Source: an uncultured candidatus Porisulfidus sp. (GTDB taxonomy: Bacteria > Pseudomonadota > Gammaproteobacteria > Poriferisulfidales > Poriferisulfidaceae). From it: DNA of 64,000 nucleotides. Of this stretch, positions 1 to 8,949 are shown piece after piece; the stretch's first letter is position 1, and each line of letters starts with the position of its first letter. The notes under the pieces were generated by a model. It searched no databases and was not told where the DNA came from. It saw only the letters and a program-made list of their open reading frames with translations. A program made the position numbers and the translations under genes. The stretch spans positions 1,472,001-1,536,000 of the forward strand of contig OZ241993.1 of the NCBI GenBank assembly GCA_965204575.1, read 5' to 3'.

Positions 1-1638
1 GCTGCGGGTTCCGAAGCAGAAGCACTTTACGGACTGTATGAAGCGGTCGAGGCGGTTGGCATGGACCTGTGCCCCAAACTCGGCATCGCAATCCCGGTCG
101 GCAAGGATTCCTTGTCCATGCAGGCAACTTGGGAAGGCAAGCAAGTGACTTCTCCGGTCTCGCTGGTTGTTTCGGCGTTTGCCTCAGTGGAGGACGTACG
201 CCGACATGCCACGCCGCAATTGCAAGATATGGCCGATTCGTGCTTGTTGCTGGTGTCCTTGAGCTCTAAACGACGTCTCGGAGGCTCGGCATTGGCACAA
301 GTGTACGGTCAGACCGGCTCGGAGACTCCGGACGTCGACAATCCATCGCTTCTGGCTGCTTTTTTCGATCAGATACAGGCGTTGCTGGACGAAGATGCGA
401 TTCTGGCCTACCACGATCGCTCAGACGGGGGGCTGCTGGCTTGCCTTTGTGAATGCGCCTTTGCTGGCCGCATGGGATTGGAAATAGATTTTCCAGTCGA
501 AACGGGCGAAGTGTTGGATTACCTGTTTAACGAGGAGATTGGCGCAGTATTGCAGGTTCGGGGCGCACAAATGCAAGAAATCATGGACCGACTCAGGGAA
601 GCCGGGCTCACTTGCGGGCCGATCGGAGCCCCGGATACCGAGCCAATGCTTCGATTGCGATGCCAGGGTGAGGAAATCGGGACTTGGGCATTACCCGAAC
701 TTGAGCAATTGTGGGGCCGGACCAGTTACGAAATCGCCCGGCGCCGGGATCATGAGGAATGTGCTCGCAACGAGCACGAAAACAGGAAGAAATGGAGCAC
801 ACCGCCGCTTTTCTCCAAATTGTCCTATGAAATAGGGGAAAACCCCGCTGCCCCCTATATCCAAGCCGGTACAGCGCCCATCATCGCGATTCTCAGAGAA
901 CAGGGCGTCAACGGGCAATTCGAGATGGCAGCCGCGTTCTCCCGGGCCGGTTTCGTCTGCAGGGACCTGCACATGAACGATCTCCAGCAGAATCCGCACC
1001 TTCTGGATGATGTCTCGGGCTTGGCTGCCTGTGGCGGATTCTCGTACGGCGACGTTCTCGGAGCCGGTGGGGGTTGGGCAAAAAATGTCTTGTATCACAA
1101 AGATCTAAGGGAGATTTTCGAGAAATTTTTCAAGCGGCCGGAAGTTTTCGCGCTGGGTGTCTGCAATGGCTGCCAGTTGCTTTCCCAAATGAAAGATCTG
1201 ATCCCGGGTGCAGGGCATTGGCCGCGTTTCGTGCCGAATCTCAGCGAACAATTCGAAGCCAGACTGTGCGAAGTAGAGGTTCTGGAATCACCCTCTATCC
1301 TGCTTCAAGGCATGGCTGGTAGCCGCCTCCCGATCGTCGTCGCGCATGGGGAAGGGCGCATTGATCCACAATGCAACATGGCGGATTTGGAAGAAACAGC
1401 CTGCCTGCGATACATCAATGCCAACGGAAAGGCTACTGCGGAGGATTACCCGGCCAACCCGAATGGTTCGGAAGAGGGCATAACCGCGTTGACCAGCACG
1501 GACGGGCGTTTCACCATCATGATGCCGCATCCGGAACGTGTTTTTCGTACCCTGCAGCATTCTTGGCACCCCTCGGAGTGGGGAGAAGAGGCTCCCTGGC
1601 TGCGTCTTTTCCAGAATGCACGGGCCTGGGTGGCCTAA
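1..1638 (+). CDS. purL: Phosphoribosylformylglycinamidine synthase (large, fused glutaminase), 5'-truncated by the window edge
   Basis: Motifs IPVGKDSLSM, YHDRSDGG, LREQGVNG, GGFSYGDVLGAG, LGVCNGCQ and MPHPER; the frame is open from position 1. Confidence 0.97.
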   Translation, partial: AAGSEAEALYGLYEAVEAVGMDLCPKLGIAIPVGKDSLSMQATWEGKQVTSPVSLVVSAFASVEDVRRHATPQLQDMADSCLLLVSLSSKRRLGGSALAQVYGQTGSETPDVDNPSLLAAFFDQIQALLDEDAILAYHDRSDGGLLACLCECAFAGRMGLEIDFPVETGEVLDYLFNEEIGAVLQVRGAQMQEIMDRLREAGLTCGPIGAPDTEPMLRLRCQGEEIGTWALPELEQLWGRTSYEIARRRDHEECARNEHENRKKWSTPPLFSKLSYEIGENPAAPYIQAGTAPIIAILREQGVNGQFEMAAAFSRAGFVCRDLHMNDLQQNPHLLDDVSGLAACGGFSYGDVLGAGGGWAKNVLYHKDLREIFEKFFKRPEVFALGVCNGCQLLSQMKDLIPGAGHWPRFVPNLSEQFEARLCEVEVLESPSILLQGMAGSRLPIVVAHGEGRIDPQCNMADLEETACLRYINANGKATAEDYPANPNGSEEGITALTSTDGRFTIMMPHPERVFRTLQHSWHPSEWGEEAPWLRLFQNARAWVA

Positions 1639-1690
1639 AAAGGTCTAATTCCTGTATACTTTTTCGCCGAACCTTTCTCAGGCAAGACAA

Positions 1691-2692
1691 GTGGGTCAAA
1701 TCATCCAAATCGAGGCGCCGGCGCGCCTGCATCTCGGTTTTCTGGACCTTAATGGCGGTCTGGGCCGGCGTTTTGGTGGAATCGGCGTTAGCCTGAAGGA
1801 GATCAGCACCCGTCTTCATTGCTCCCGCAGTGCGGAATTCTCCGCCAAGGGACCCGATTCGGAACGCGCGCTCAAATACGCCCAGCGTTTGTTGGGCATG
1901 ATGGGGCAGGAAGGCGCGGTCAGCATTGAAGTTCATCAAGCAATTCCACCGCATGCAGGATTGGGGTCCGGCACGCAGTTGGCTTTGGCCGTTGGCACTG
2001 CTCTTAGCCATTTGTACAAGTTAAATCTGAATCCTTATGAAATTGCAGAGAAACTTGCCCGAGGCGGACGTTCCGGGATCGGCATTGGTGCGTTCGAACA
2101 GGGTGGCTTTCTGGTCGACGGCGGGCGAGGAAGCGATGGTTCGCTTCCTCCGGTAATCGCACGGCACCCATTTCCCGAACATTGGCGGATCTTGCTACTG
2201 ATGGCGCGTAGCAGCCAAGAGGGCCTTTCGGGCGAAGCGGAACGCCGAGCCTTCGGCGATCTGCCTGAATTTCCCGCTGAAGATGCGGCACATTTGTGCC
2301 GTTTGACCTTGATGCACGTCTTGCCGTCCCTGCTTGAATCCAATCTGGAAAAGTTTGCCAAGGGGATTGGCGAGTTGCAGGACAAGATTGGAGACTATTT
2401 CGCGCCAGCTCAAGGCGGACGCTTTTTCCACGTAAAAATCACCCGCCTCCTGAAACAGGCCAAGCAGCTCGGTTTTCAGGGCGTTGGGCAAAGTTCCTGG
2501 GGACCGACCGGATTTGTCCTGACTGACAGCGAAACCCAGGCTCATGCGCTGGCGAAGAAGCTTCAGCCTGTTGACCCGGATCTGGATCTCCGGATCGTCG
2601 AAGCTTCCAACCGCGGGCACCAACTGACTGTCGGCGCTGGAATGGAAGAAGAATCTCGTCGCCAAGAGAAAAAAACCAACACAAGAACTTGA
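1691..2692 (+). CDS. mptG: Beta-ribofuranosylaminobenzene 5'-phosphate (beta-RFAP) synthase, GHMP-kinase family
   Basis: APARLHLGFLDL, PPHAGLGSGTQLALA, RSGIGIGAFEQGGFLVDGG and GQSSWGPT; first gene of the H4MPT cluster; GTG start. Confidence 0.92.
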   Translation: MGQIIQIEAPARLHLGFLDLNGGLGRRFGGIGVSLKEISTRLHCSRSAEFSAKGPDSERALKYAQRLLGMMGQEGAVSIEVHQAIPPHAGLGSGTQLALAVGTALSHLYKLNLNPYEIAEKLARGGRSGIGIGAFEQGGFLVDGGRGSDGSLPPVIARHPFPEHWRILLLMARSSQEGLSGEAERRAFGDLPEFPAEDAAHLCRLTLMHVLPSLLESNLEKFAKGIGELQDKIGDYFAPAQGGRFFHVKITRLLKQAKQLGFQGVGQSSWGPTGFVLTDSETQAHALAKKLQPVDPDLDLRIVEASNRGHQLTVGAGMEEESRRQEKKTNTRT

Positions 2693-2705
2693 AAAAAGGA
2701 AAATC

Positions 2706-3605
2706 ATGGAAAAGAAATACCTTTTGCACATGCTGACTTCGGCGAAAAACCTGAGTCCGTTTGACGCCAACATGGCATACGATGCAGGCTGGGACGCCTG
2801 CATTCCATACATCCAAGTGGAAAGCGACGAAGTCAAAGGCCTCGTCGAAGACGCGATATTTTCACGAGGGCCGAACGGCGTCAAACGTACCGGCCTGTTC
2901 ATTGGCGGGCGCGACATGCATCAGGCAATGGAAATGCTGGAGACGTGCCAGAAATCCATGGTACCGCCATTCGTGGTCTCGGCATTTGCCGATCCCAGCG
3001 GAGCATTCACGACGGCAGCCGCAATGGTGGCGAAAGTCGAAAAAGCGTTGCGCGACGGGCATGGAGAGGGACTTTCGGGCCAGCGCATCGTGGCGCTTGG
3101 CGGAACCGGTCCAGTCGGGTCGGCAGCAGCGGTCATCGCCGCAAATGCGGGAGCCCGAGTCACCATCCTGGGGCGCCAGAAAGAGAAAAGCGACCGTGCG
3201 GCCGAATTGTGCAATCAGAAATACGGCGCGGATTCGGCCGTCGACGGGGAAGCCAATGATCAGTTGGATCAGCTCCTTGGTGAAACTGATGTCGTGTTCG
3301 CCTCGGCAGCGGCGGGAATCCAGTTGGTATCGAAAGAACAGATGGCCAATGCGCCCAGGTTGAAAGTGGCGGCCGACGTCAATGCGGTCCCGCCATCCGG
3401 CATCCATGGCCTTGGGGTAATGGACGACGGCAGTTCGATCGAGGATTGCCAGAGCGGAGCGGTCGGCATTGGTGCGCTTGCCATCGGGAATGTGAAGTAC
3501 CAGACCCAGCATCGGCTGCTTCAGCTGATGCGCGAGACGGAAGAGCCGGTTTATTTCCATTTCGAACACGCTTTCGAAGTGGCGCGTCAGTGTGCTGCGG
3601 AATAG
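2706..3605 (+). CDS. mtdB: NAD(P)-dependent methylene-H4MPT dehydrogenase
   Basis: SPFDANMAYDAG, DAIFSRGP, ADPSGAFTTAAA, GGTGPVG, DVNAVPP and GALAIGNVK. Confidence 0.92.
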   Translation: MEKKYLLHMLTSAKNLSPFDANMAYDAGWDACIPYIQVESDEVKGLVEDAIFSRGPNGVKRTGLFIGGRDMHQAMEMLETCQKSMVPPFVVSAFADPSGAFTTAAAMVAKVEKALRDGHGEGLSGQRIVALGGTGPVGSAAAVIAANAGARVTILGRQKEKSDRAAELCNQKYGADSAVDGEANDQLDQLLGETDVVFASAAAGIQLVSKEQMANAPRLKVAADVNAVPPSGIHGLGVMDDGSSIEDCQSGAVGIGALAIGNVKYQTQHRLLQLMRETEEPVYFHFEHAFEVARQCAAE

Positions 3606-4761
3606 CGGGAGACTGTTCCTGCTGTCCGCTTCGGTGCGGGCACATGCCCAAGCGGCGATGCGCCGCCAGCGGCCGGTCGTGGCGATTGACAGGTTTCTCG
3701 ATGCGGATCTGAACGCCGATGAGGTAATCCGGGCGAATCTGGAAGATGATCAGTTCTCCTTGGAAATACTGGAAATTGTGTGCCAACGGAGCCAGCCGGA
3801 CGACCTGTTGGCCTACGGCTCGGGTTTTGAATCGCATCCGGAGTTGCTGGATCGTTTGCAATCCTGCGTCCGGGTTCTAGGCAATTTGCCCGACACCGTT
3901 CGCCTGTGCGCCGATCCTGCGCAGTTATCGAACCGTTTGGAAAAACTTGGAATCTCTGGGCCGGAAATCAGAGATCAGAAGCCAAGTGCTTTAGAAGGCT
4001 GGCTCGTCAAACAAAAAGGCCGGGCAGGGGGATGCCATGTGCAACCGGCTTCGCGATTCCAAGATGCTTCGAATTCTTTCTACTGGCAGCGTCAATGCAC
4101 AGGCAAACCGCATTCCGCGCTTTTCCTCGCAGCCGGAGGGGCAGCCCATGTCATTGGAATCAGCCAGCTGTTGCCTTCGGGAAGAACGGATGCGCCCTAC
4201 GCTTGGAGCGGCGCGATTGGCCCGATTCAAGTTTTACCGGAGGTTTTCGAGCAAGTACAATGGACGGTACGAGTCTTGGCGAGCGATCTTGATCTTCTTG
4301 GCCTCTGCGGCATCGATTTCATAGTTGATCCTAAAAAGGAAGTGCAACTTGTGGATTTGAATCCAAGATTGGTGGCGACTTGCGAGCTCTACGCGGATCG
4401 TTTTGCTTCCGATTACATGAGCACGCACATCGAAACCTGTCTCACCGGCGACCCGGACGGACACTTGATTCCTGACTCAGAACGAAGAGAAGGCGTGCGA
4501 GGGATGCAGGTCGTCTATACTCCACGCCCGATTGCCGGCATGGCAAATTGGAAGTGGCCGGACGGGGCAGCTGATCTGCCGAACACCGGAACCAGTATCG
4601 ATGCCGGACAGCCCTTGTGCACGGTACGAGGCCGTTACCGCGATGCGGACGAGGCTCGTGCCGGCCTAGAGGATCTCAGCCATCAGGTTTTGGCATACCT
4701 GCAACCCGATACCCTTCACTCGTTTTCCCCCGGAAGCCCAGCACATGAAGTTACCCATTAG
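3592..4761 (+). CDS. ATP-grasp protein of H4MPT clusters (OrfY-like)
   Basis: YGSGFE, LGN, GGCHV, GIDFI and LNPR motifs; lies between mtdB and mch as in known clusters. Confidence 0.8.
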   Translation: MLRNSGRLFLLSASVRAHAQAAMRRQRPVVAIDRFLDADLNADEVIRANLEDDQFSLEILEIVCQRSQPDDLLAYGSGFESHPELLDRLQSCVRVLGNLPDTVRLCADPAQLSNRLEKLGISGPEIRDQKPSALEGWLVKQKGRAGGCHVQPASRFQDASNSFYWQRQCTGKPHSALFLAAGGAAHVIGISQLLPSGRTDAPYAWSGAIGPIQVLPEVFEQVQWTVRVLASDLDLLGLCGIDFIVDPKKEVQLVDLNPRLVATCELYADRFASDYMSTHIETCLTGDPDGHLIPDSERREGVRGMQVVYTPRPIAGMANWKWPDGAADLPNTGTSIDAGQPLCTVRGRYRDADEARAGLEDLSHQVLAYLQPDTLHSFSPGSPAHEVTH

Positions 4762-5707
4762 TCTCAACCGCCAGGTTGAACCCCTGGTTCGCTCTCTTTC
4801 CGATCAAGCGTGGAGCCTGCGCATCGTGGAATCTCCAACGGAAGAAGGGATATGGGTGGTGGATGCCGGTATCAATGCAATTGGCGGGATCGAGGCGGGG
4901 CGCCAAATCGCAGAAATTTGCATGGCGGGCCTGGGGCAGGCCACGCTGACTTATGGCGGATCGGGGGATTGGCCGCTGACCATACATGTTCACACGCAAC
5001 ACCCAGTCCTTGCCTGTCTGGCAAGCCAATACGCGGGATGGTCGCTGAGCGATGAGGAAAGCGGTTTTTACGCCTTGGGATCTGGCCCGGCCCGCAGCAT
5101 GGCACAGAAGGAGGATCTGTTCGAGAAGATCGGCTACAAGGATTCCTACATCTACACGGCGCTGGTGCTGGAGGTCGACAAGATTCCACCACGTGCAGTG
5201 CGCGAAAAAATCTGCCGGGACTGCGGAGTCGAACCGTTCAACCTGACTTTGATCCTGACGCCGACCACCAGTCTCGCAGGGACAGTGCAGGTGGTCGGCC
5301 GGGTTCTCGAGGTCGGGTTGCACAAGGCGCATGAATTGGGCTTCGACTTAAGTTGCGTGGTAGACGGCATTGGCAGCGCCCCGATCCCGCCACTCGACAA
5401 TTCCGACATGGTGAAGATGATGGGGCGCACGAACGATGCGATCCTGTTCGGCGGACAGATCAAACTGTTCGTCCAGTCCACAGACGAAGAAGCGGAAAGG
5501 CTCGCGACCGAGCTGCCGAGCAGCACGTCCCGCGATTACGGCAAACCATTCGCCAAAGTGTTCAAGGAACACGATCATGATTTCTTCCAGGTTGACCCGA
5601 TGTTATTCAGTCCAGCCCGGGTCTTAGTCAATAACATCCGGACCGGTCGCTCCTTCGCTGCTGGCGCGGTCAACCACGAATTGCTGGAGCAATCCTTTAG
5701 GGAATGA
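4745..5707 (+). CDS. mch: Methenyl-H4MPT cyclohydrolase
   Basis: ACLASQYAGW, LGSGPAR, PTTSLAGTVQVVGRVLEVGLHK, MGRTNDAILFGG and DPMLFSPA. Confidence 0.96.
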   Translation: MKLPISLNRQVEPLVRSLSDQAWSLRIVESPTEEGIWVVDAGINAIGGIEAGRQIAEICMAGLGQATLTYGGSGDWPLTIHVHTQHPVLACLASQYAGWSLSDEESGFYALGSGPARSMAQKEDLFEKIGYKDSYIYTALVLEVDKIPPRAVREKICRDCGVEPFNLTLILTPTTSLAGTVQVVGRVLEVGLHKAHELGFDLSCVVDGIGSAPIPPLDNSDMVKMMGRTNDAILFGGQIKLFVQSTDEEAERLATELPSSTSRDYGKPFAKVFKEHDHDFFQVDPMLFSPARVLVNNIRTGRSFAAGAVNHELLEQSFRE

Positions 5708-6615
5708 TCGAGCACGGGCGCTACGCCATCGTGACCGATCAACCTGGCTGGCATGGTCACCAGCTCCGCCAGGCTTTGGAGGCGAAGGGCCTGGAAAGTG
5801 ATTTCGTCCGCTTGCAGGAATGCCGCCTGGAAGTACAAAACGGCGCACCGAAAATCGGAATCCCCGGCTTTGAAGACCAACTGCCGTCGGGAGTATTCAT
5901 CCGTGAAGTACCAGGGGGAAGCCTAGAAGAGGTCATCTTCTACCTGGATATCCTGCACGCCTTGGAAGCTTCGGGCGTCAAGGTCTACAACGACGCCGGC
6001 GCGATCGAACGCAGTGTGGACAAGGTCCGTGCAAGTTTCCTGTTTGCACTTCACAACGTTCCAACGCCTCGGACTTTCGCGGTACGGGATGTTCGGCAGA
6101 TGCGCGAGTTCCTGGACAATTGGTTCGAAACTCACCAGCACGTGGTGGCGAAACCCATCTTCGGCTCACAGGGCAAAGGGCTGAAGCGCCTGTCTCGGGA
6201 CGACCCGCATCCTGACTACGATCTGTCCCGTGGAATCTACTATTTGCAGGAATATATCGAGCCGGTCTCATCCCGCAGTTGTGACTGGCGAATTTTGGTG
6301 ATTGATGGTCAAGCCGTCGCGGCCATGCGAAGGGAGGGCGAGGACTGGATCAGCAATATCGCTAACGGAGGGCAGGGACACGCAGCTCCGCTAGAGCCAG
6401 AATTGGCTCAATTGGCAGAACGTGCAGTGACGGCAGTGGGAATGCCGTATGCAGGAGTGGACTTGATGCGCGATCGACAAGGAGTCGCTTGGGTCACCGA
6501 AGTCAACAGCATCCCGGCATGGCGGGGACTGCAGCAGGTCCATCCGGAAAACATTTCAGACCTTTTGATCGAAGGGTTCCTGAAGTGCTGCCACGGAGGA
6601 TCTACGCCTTCCTGA
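5704..6615 (+). CDS. RimK-family ATP-grasp glutamate ligase (H4MPT/methylofuran cluster Orf5)
   Basis: GGSLEEV, IERSVDK, KPIFGSQGKG, DWRILV, YAGVDL and EVNSIPAWRGLQ. Confidence 0.88.
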   Translation: MIEHGRYAIVTDQPGWHGHQLRQALEAKGLESDFVRLQECRLEVQNGAPKIGIPGFEDQLPSGVFIREVPGGSLEEVIFYLDILHALEASGVKVYNDAGAIERSVDKVRASFLFALHNVPTPRTFAVRDVRQMREFLDNWFETHQHVVAKPIFGSQGKGLKRLSRDDPHPDYDLSRGIYYLQEYIEPVSSRSCDWRILVIDGQAVAAMRREGEDWISNIANGGQGHAAPLEPELAQLAERAVTAVGMPYAGVDLMRDRQGVAWVTEVNSIPAWRGLQQVHPENISDLLIEGFLKCCHGGSTPS

Positions 6616-6627
6616 ACAGGCATTCCG

Positions 6628-7563
6628 ATGGCCAAGCACCTGCGCGCCTATTACGATCCTCCTTGGCGTTTCACCTCGCGGCAATTCCTGTATGCCTGCC
6701 TGTTGGATCTGCAGGCGCTGAAACCGGGCAACGTCGGGCTGCATGGGGAAGGGCACGGGAAAACATGTCAGGACTTCCGACAGAGCGCTCAGGCGTCAGC
6801 CGAACTGATTACTCGACCGGACTGGAGTTTAGGCCGGCAGATACGCGAAGCAGCCCGGGCTAGCTGGGGCGTGGCGGGCTGCAATACCAATCTCGGAGTC
6901 CTGCTGCTGACAGCACCACTGGTTTCCGCTTATTACCGGGAGGGTCCTCCGGGCCTGGAGCAGCGCGTGGAGGCGGTCCTGGCGGAAACCACGGTCAATG
7001 ACGCGCGAGATGTATACCGAGCCATTCAACTGATGCAGCCGGCGGGTTTGGGGCGATCACCGCAAGCCGATATCCGCGAGCGGCCGAAGATCACCCTGCG
7101 GGAGGCCATGGCGCTGGCTGCCGAGCGAGACCAAGTCGCGGCACAGTACCGAGACGGGTTTCCGATCGTCTTTGCCGAAGCCCGGCCGCAGTGGGAATCG
7201 CTTTGCCTCCAGTGGGGTGATGCGCGGTGGGCGACGGCCGGCGTATTCCTGACTCTTCTCGGGCGCTATCCGGACTCTCACATTGCTCGCGTACACGGCG
7301 AAGAGGCTGCAAGGTCAGTTAGTGGTACGGTTAAAAAGTTAGCCGATGAATTTTGCGGGGCTGAAACTCCAGATACTCTTCGGCCCAGGCTCCTGGAACT
7401 GGATGCTTCTTGGAAGAGCACCGGTCTCAGCCCGGGAACCACGGCGGACTTGACCCTAGCGGGGGTTCTGGCCGCTCGGCTCGACGGGTGGAGTGACGAC
7501 AGGGACACGGAGGCCCTGTCACAGGGAGATGATTCCCGAAACCCATCGGGTGAGTCTGCGTGA
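6628..7563 (+). CDS. CitG-like triphosphoribosyl-dephospho-CoA synthase family protein (Orf7)
   Basis: KPGNV, NTNLGVLLL, DSHIAR and SPGTTADL; cluster context. Confidence 0.87.
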   Translation: MAKHLRAYYDPPWRFTSRQFLYACLLDLQALKPGNVGLHGEGHGKTCQDFRQSAQASAELITRPDWSLGRQIREAARASWGVAGCNTNLGVLLLTAPLVSAYYREGPPGLEQRVEAVLAETTVNDARDVYRAIQLMQPAGLGRSPQADIRERPKITLREAMALAAERDQVAAQYRDGFPIVFAEARPQWESLCLQWGDARWATAGVFLTLLGRYPDSHIARVHGEEAARSVSGTVKKLADEFCGAETPDTLRPRLLELDASWKSTGLSPGTTADLTLAGVLAARLDGWSDDRDTEALSQGDDSRNPSGESA

Positions 7564-7639
7564 TTTGACGGATTCGTTGTATGCAAACCGGCGTAAGGTT
7601 CCATTAAATCAAAGAGCAAAGCCAACCGGGTTTTGACTA

Positions 7640-7855
7640 TGATATGATTTGGGCGTCCGTGAGTGGGGGACGGTACTCATTCTGACCGGAGGCGCTCCGG
7701 TGACAGGACGGGGAGGGGACAACGAAACGGGGCCTTTTCGGGTGAGAAGGCTAGTGGATACCGCCGATGATCCGTCAATTATGCTCTGATACCGGAAACG
7801 GTATTTATTGTGTACTAAGCGCCCAAACAAAAACAAAAACTGGAGTAAATCAATA
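7640..7855 (+). promoter_or_regulatory. Putative extended -10 promoter and highly structured 5' leader of fae
   Basis: TGaTATGAT at 7640-7648; four local hairpins enclosed by the 7648-7655/7820-7827 stem; AC-rich tract and GGAG before ATG 7856. Confidence 0.5.
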
Positions 7856-8380
7856 ATGGCAATCGATAAAGTTCTCGTTGGAGAGGCTTTGGTCAACGAC
7901 AACGACCCTTCTGGGACAATGGCTGAAATCGCTCACATCGATCTTCTCATTGGCCCGCGCGGCTCTGCCGTGGAGACGGCTTTCTGCAACGGTCTGGTCA
8001 ACAACAAGGACGGGTTCACGACACTGCTCGCTGTAGTGGCGCCGAACCTGCCGTGTAAGCCGGACACCATGATGTACAACAAGGTCACGATCAAGGGCGC
8101 CAAACAGGCTGTCCAGATGTTCGGGCCCGCCCAGAAGGCTGTCGCCATGGCTGTTGCGGATTCAGTTGAGGCCGGGGTTCTCCCGAAAGACGAAAGCGGC
8201 AACCTGTATGTCTGTGTTGGCGTGTTCATCCACTGGGAGGCCGACAGCGATGCGGCGATCTACGAAAACAACTACAAGGCCACTAAGCAGGCTATCGCCA
8301 ATGCCGTGGGTGGAGTTCCCACTGTGGACGACATGCTTTCCCAGAAGGACAGCACCGACCATCCGTTCCAAGGCTTCTAG
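7856..8380 (+). CDS. fae: Formaldehyde-activating enzyme
   Basis: [52 protein letters not shown] and C-terminal HPF. Confidence 0.96.
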   Translation: MAIDKVLVGEALVNDNDPSGTMAEIAHIDLLIGPRGSAVETAFCNGLVNNKDGFTTLLAVVAPNLPCKPDTMMYNKVTIKGAKQAVQMFGPAQKAVAMAVADSVEAGVLPKDESGNLYVCVGVFIHWEADSDAAIYENNYKATKQAIANAVGGVPTVDDMLSQKDSTDHPFQGF

Positions 8381-8399
8381 TCAGGCATCGTGCTCGAAG

Positions 8400-8430
8400 A
8401 AAAGCGCCGCTTTATGCGGCGCTTTTTTTT
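8400..8430 (+). terminator. Intrinsic terminator after fae
   Basis: AAAAGCGCCGC-tttat-GCGGCGCTTTT stem running into a T8 tract. Confidence 0.9.
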
Positions 8431-8502
8431 ATGCCGCAGTTACAATGCTTTCTTTAGGAGAATCTTGAGGGAAAGCCTCGCTGGAACTCAGGAAGCACAG
8501 AG

Positions 8503-8943
8503 ATGGACGCGCGCGTGATTACCGAGCCTTTGGATCCCTGGAAAGAGATCCAGGAATTTTTGTCAGTTCGCGCGGAACTGCGCGGGAAGTGCGGTGCAAT
8601 GGTGGTGTTCGTGGGCACGATGCGGGCACAGAACGAGGGAGAGACTGTACAGTCCATGCACCTTGAACACTACCCGGAGATGACTCAGGCCCATTTGGAA
8701 GAAATCGCACGCCAGGCGCGGGACAAATTCGGGCTTTCAGCCGTCCTTCTGCGCCACCGTGTCGGAGAGCTCCATCCGGGTGACGACATCGTCCTGGTTG
8801 CCGTCTGGGCGGAACACCGGAAGGCCGCGTACGAGGGCAACCGGTTTCTTATGGAGGACCTGAAATCCACCGCACCTTTCTGGAAGGAAGAAACCCTCGC
8901 AGGGGGCGAGCGGCGCTGGGTGGAGGAGAATACTCCGGGCTGA
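8503..8943 (+). CDS. moaE: Molybdopterin synthase catalytic subunit
   Basis: FVGTMR, LEHYPEMT, HRVGEL, AEHR and LKSTAPFWKEE. Confidence 0.93.
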   Translation: MDARVITEPLDPWKEIQEFLSVRAELRGKCGAMVVFVGTMRAQNEGETVQSMHLEHYPEMTQAHLEEIARQARDKFGLSAVLLRHRVGELHPGDDIVLVAVWAEHRKAAYEGNRFLMEDLKSTAPFWKEETLAGGERRWVEENTPG

Positions 8944-8949
8944 GCCCGC

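Noticed and set aside
7640-7855. fae leader as a known riboswitch (THF, SAM, cobalamin, Moco, ZTP) or tRNA
   Set aside because: I could not find the conserved cores of these families by eye; retained as an unassigned structured leader
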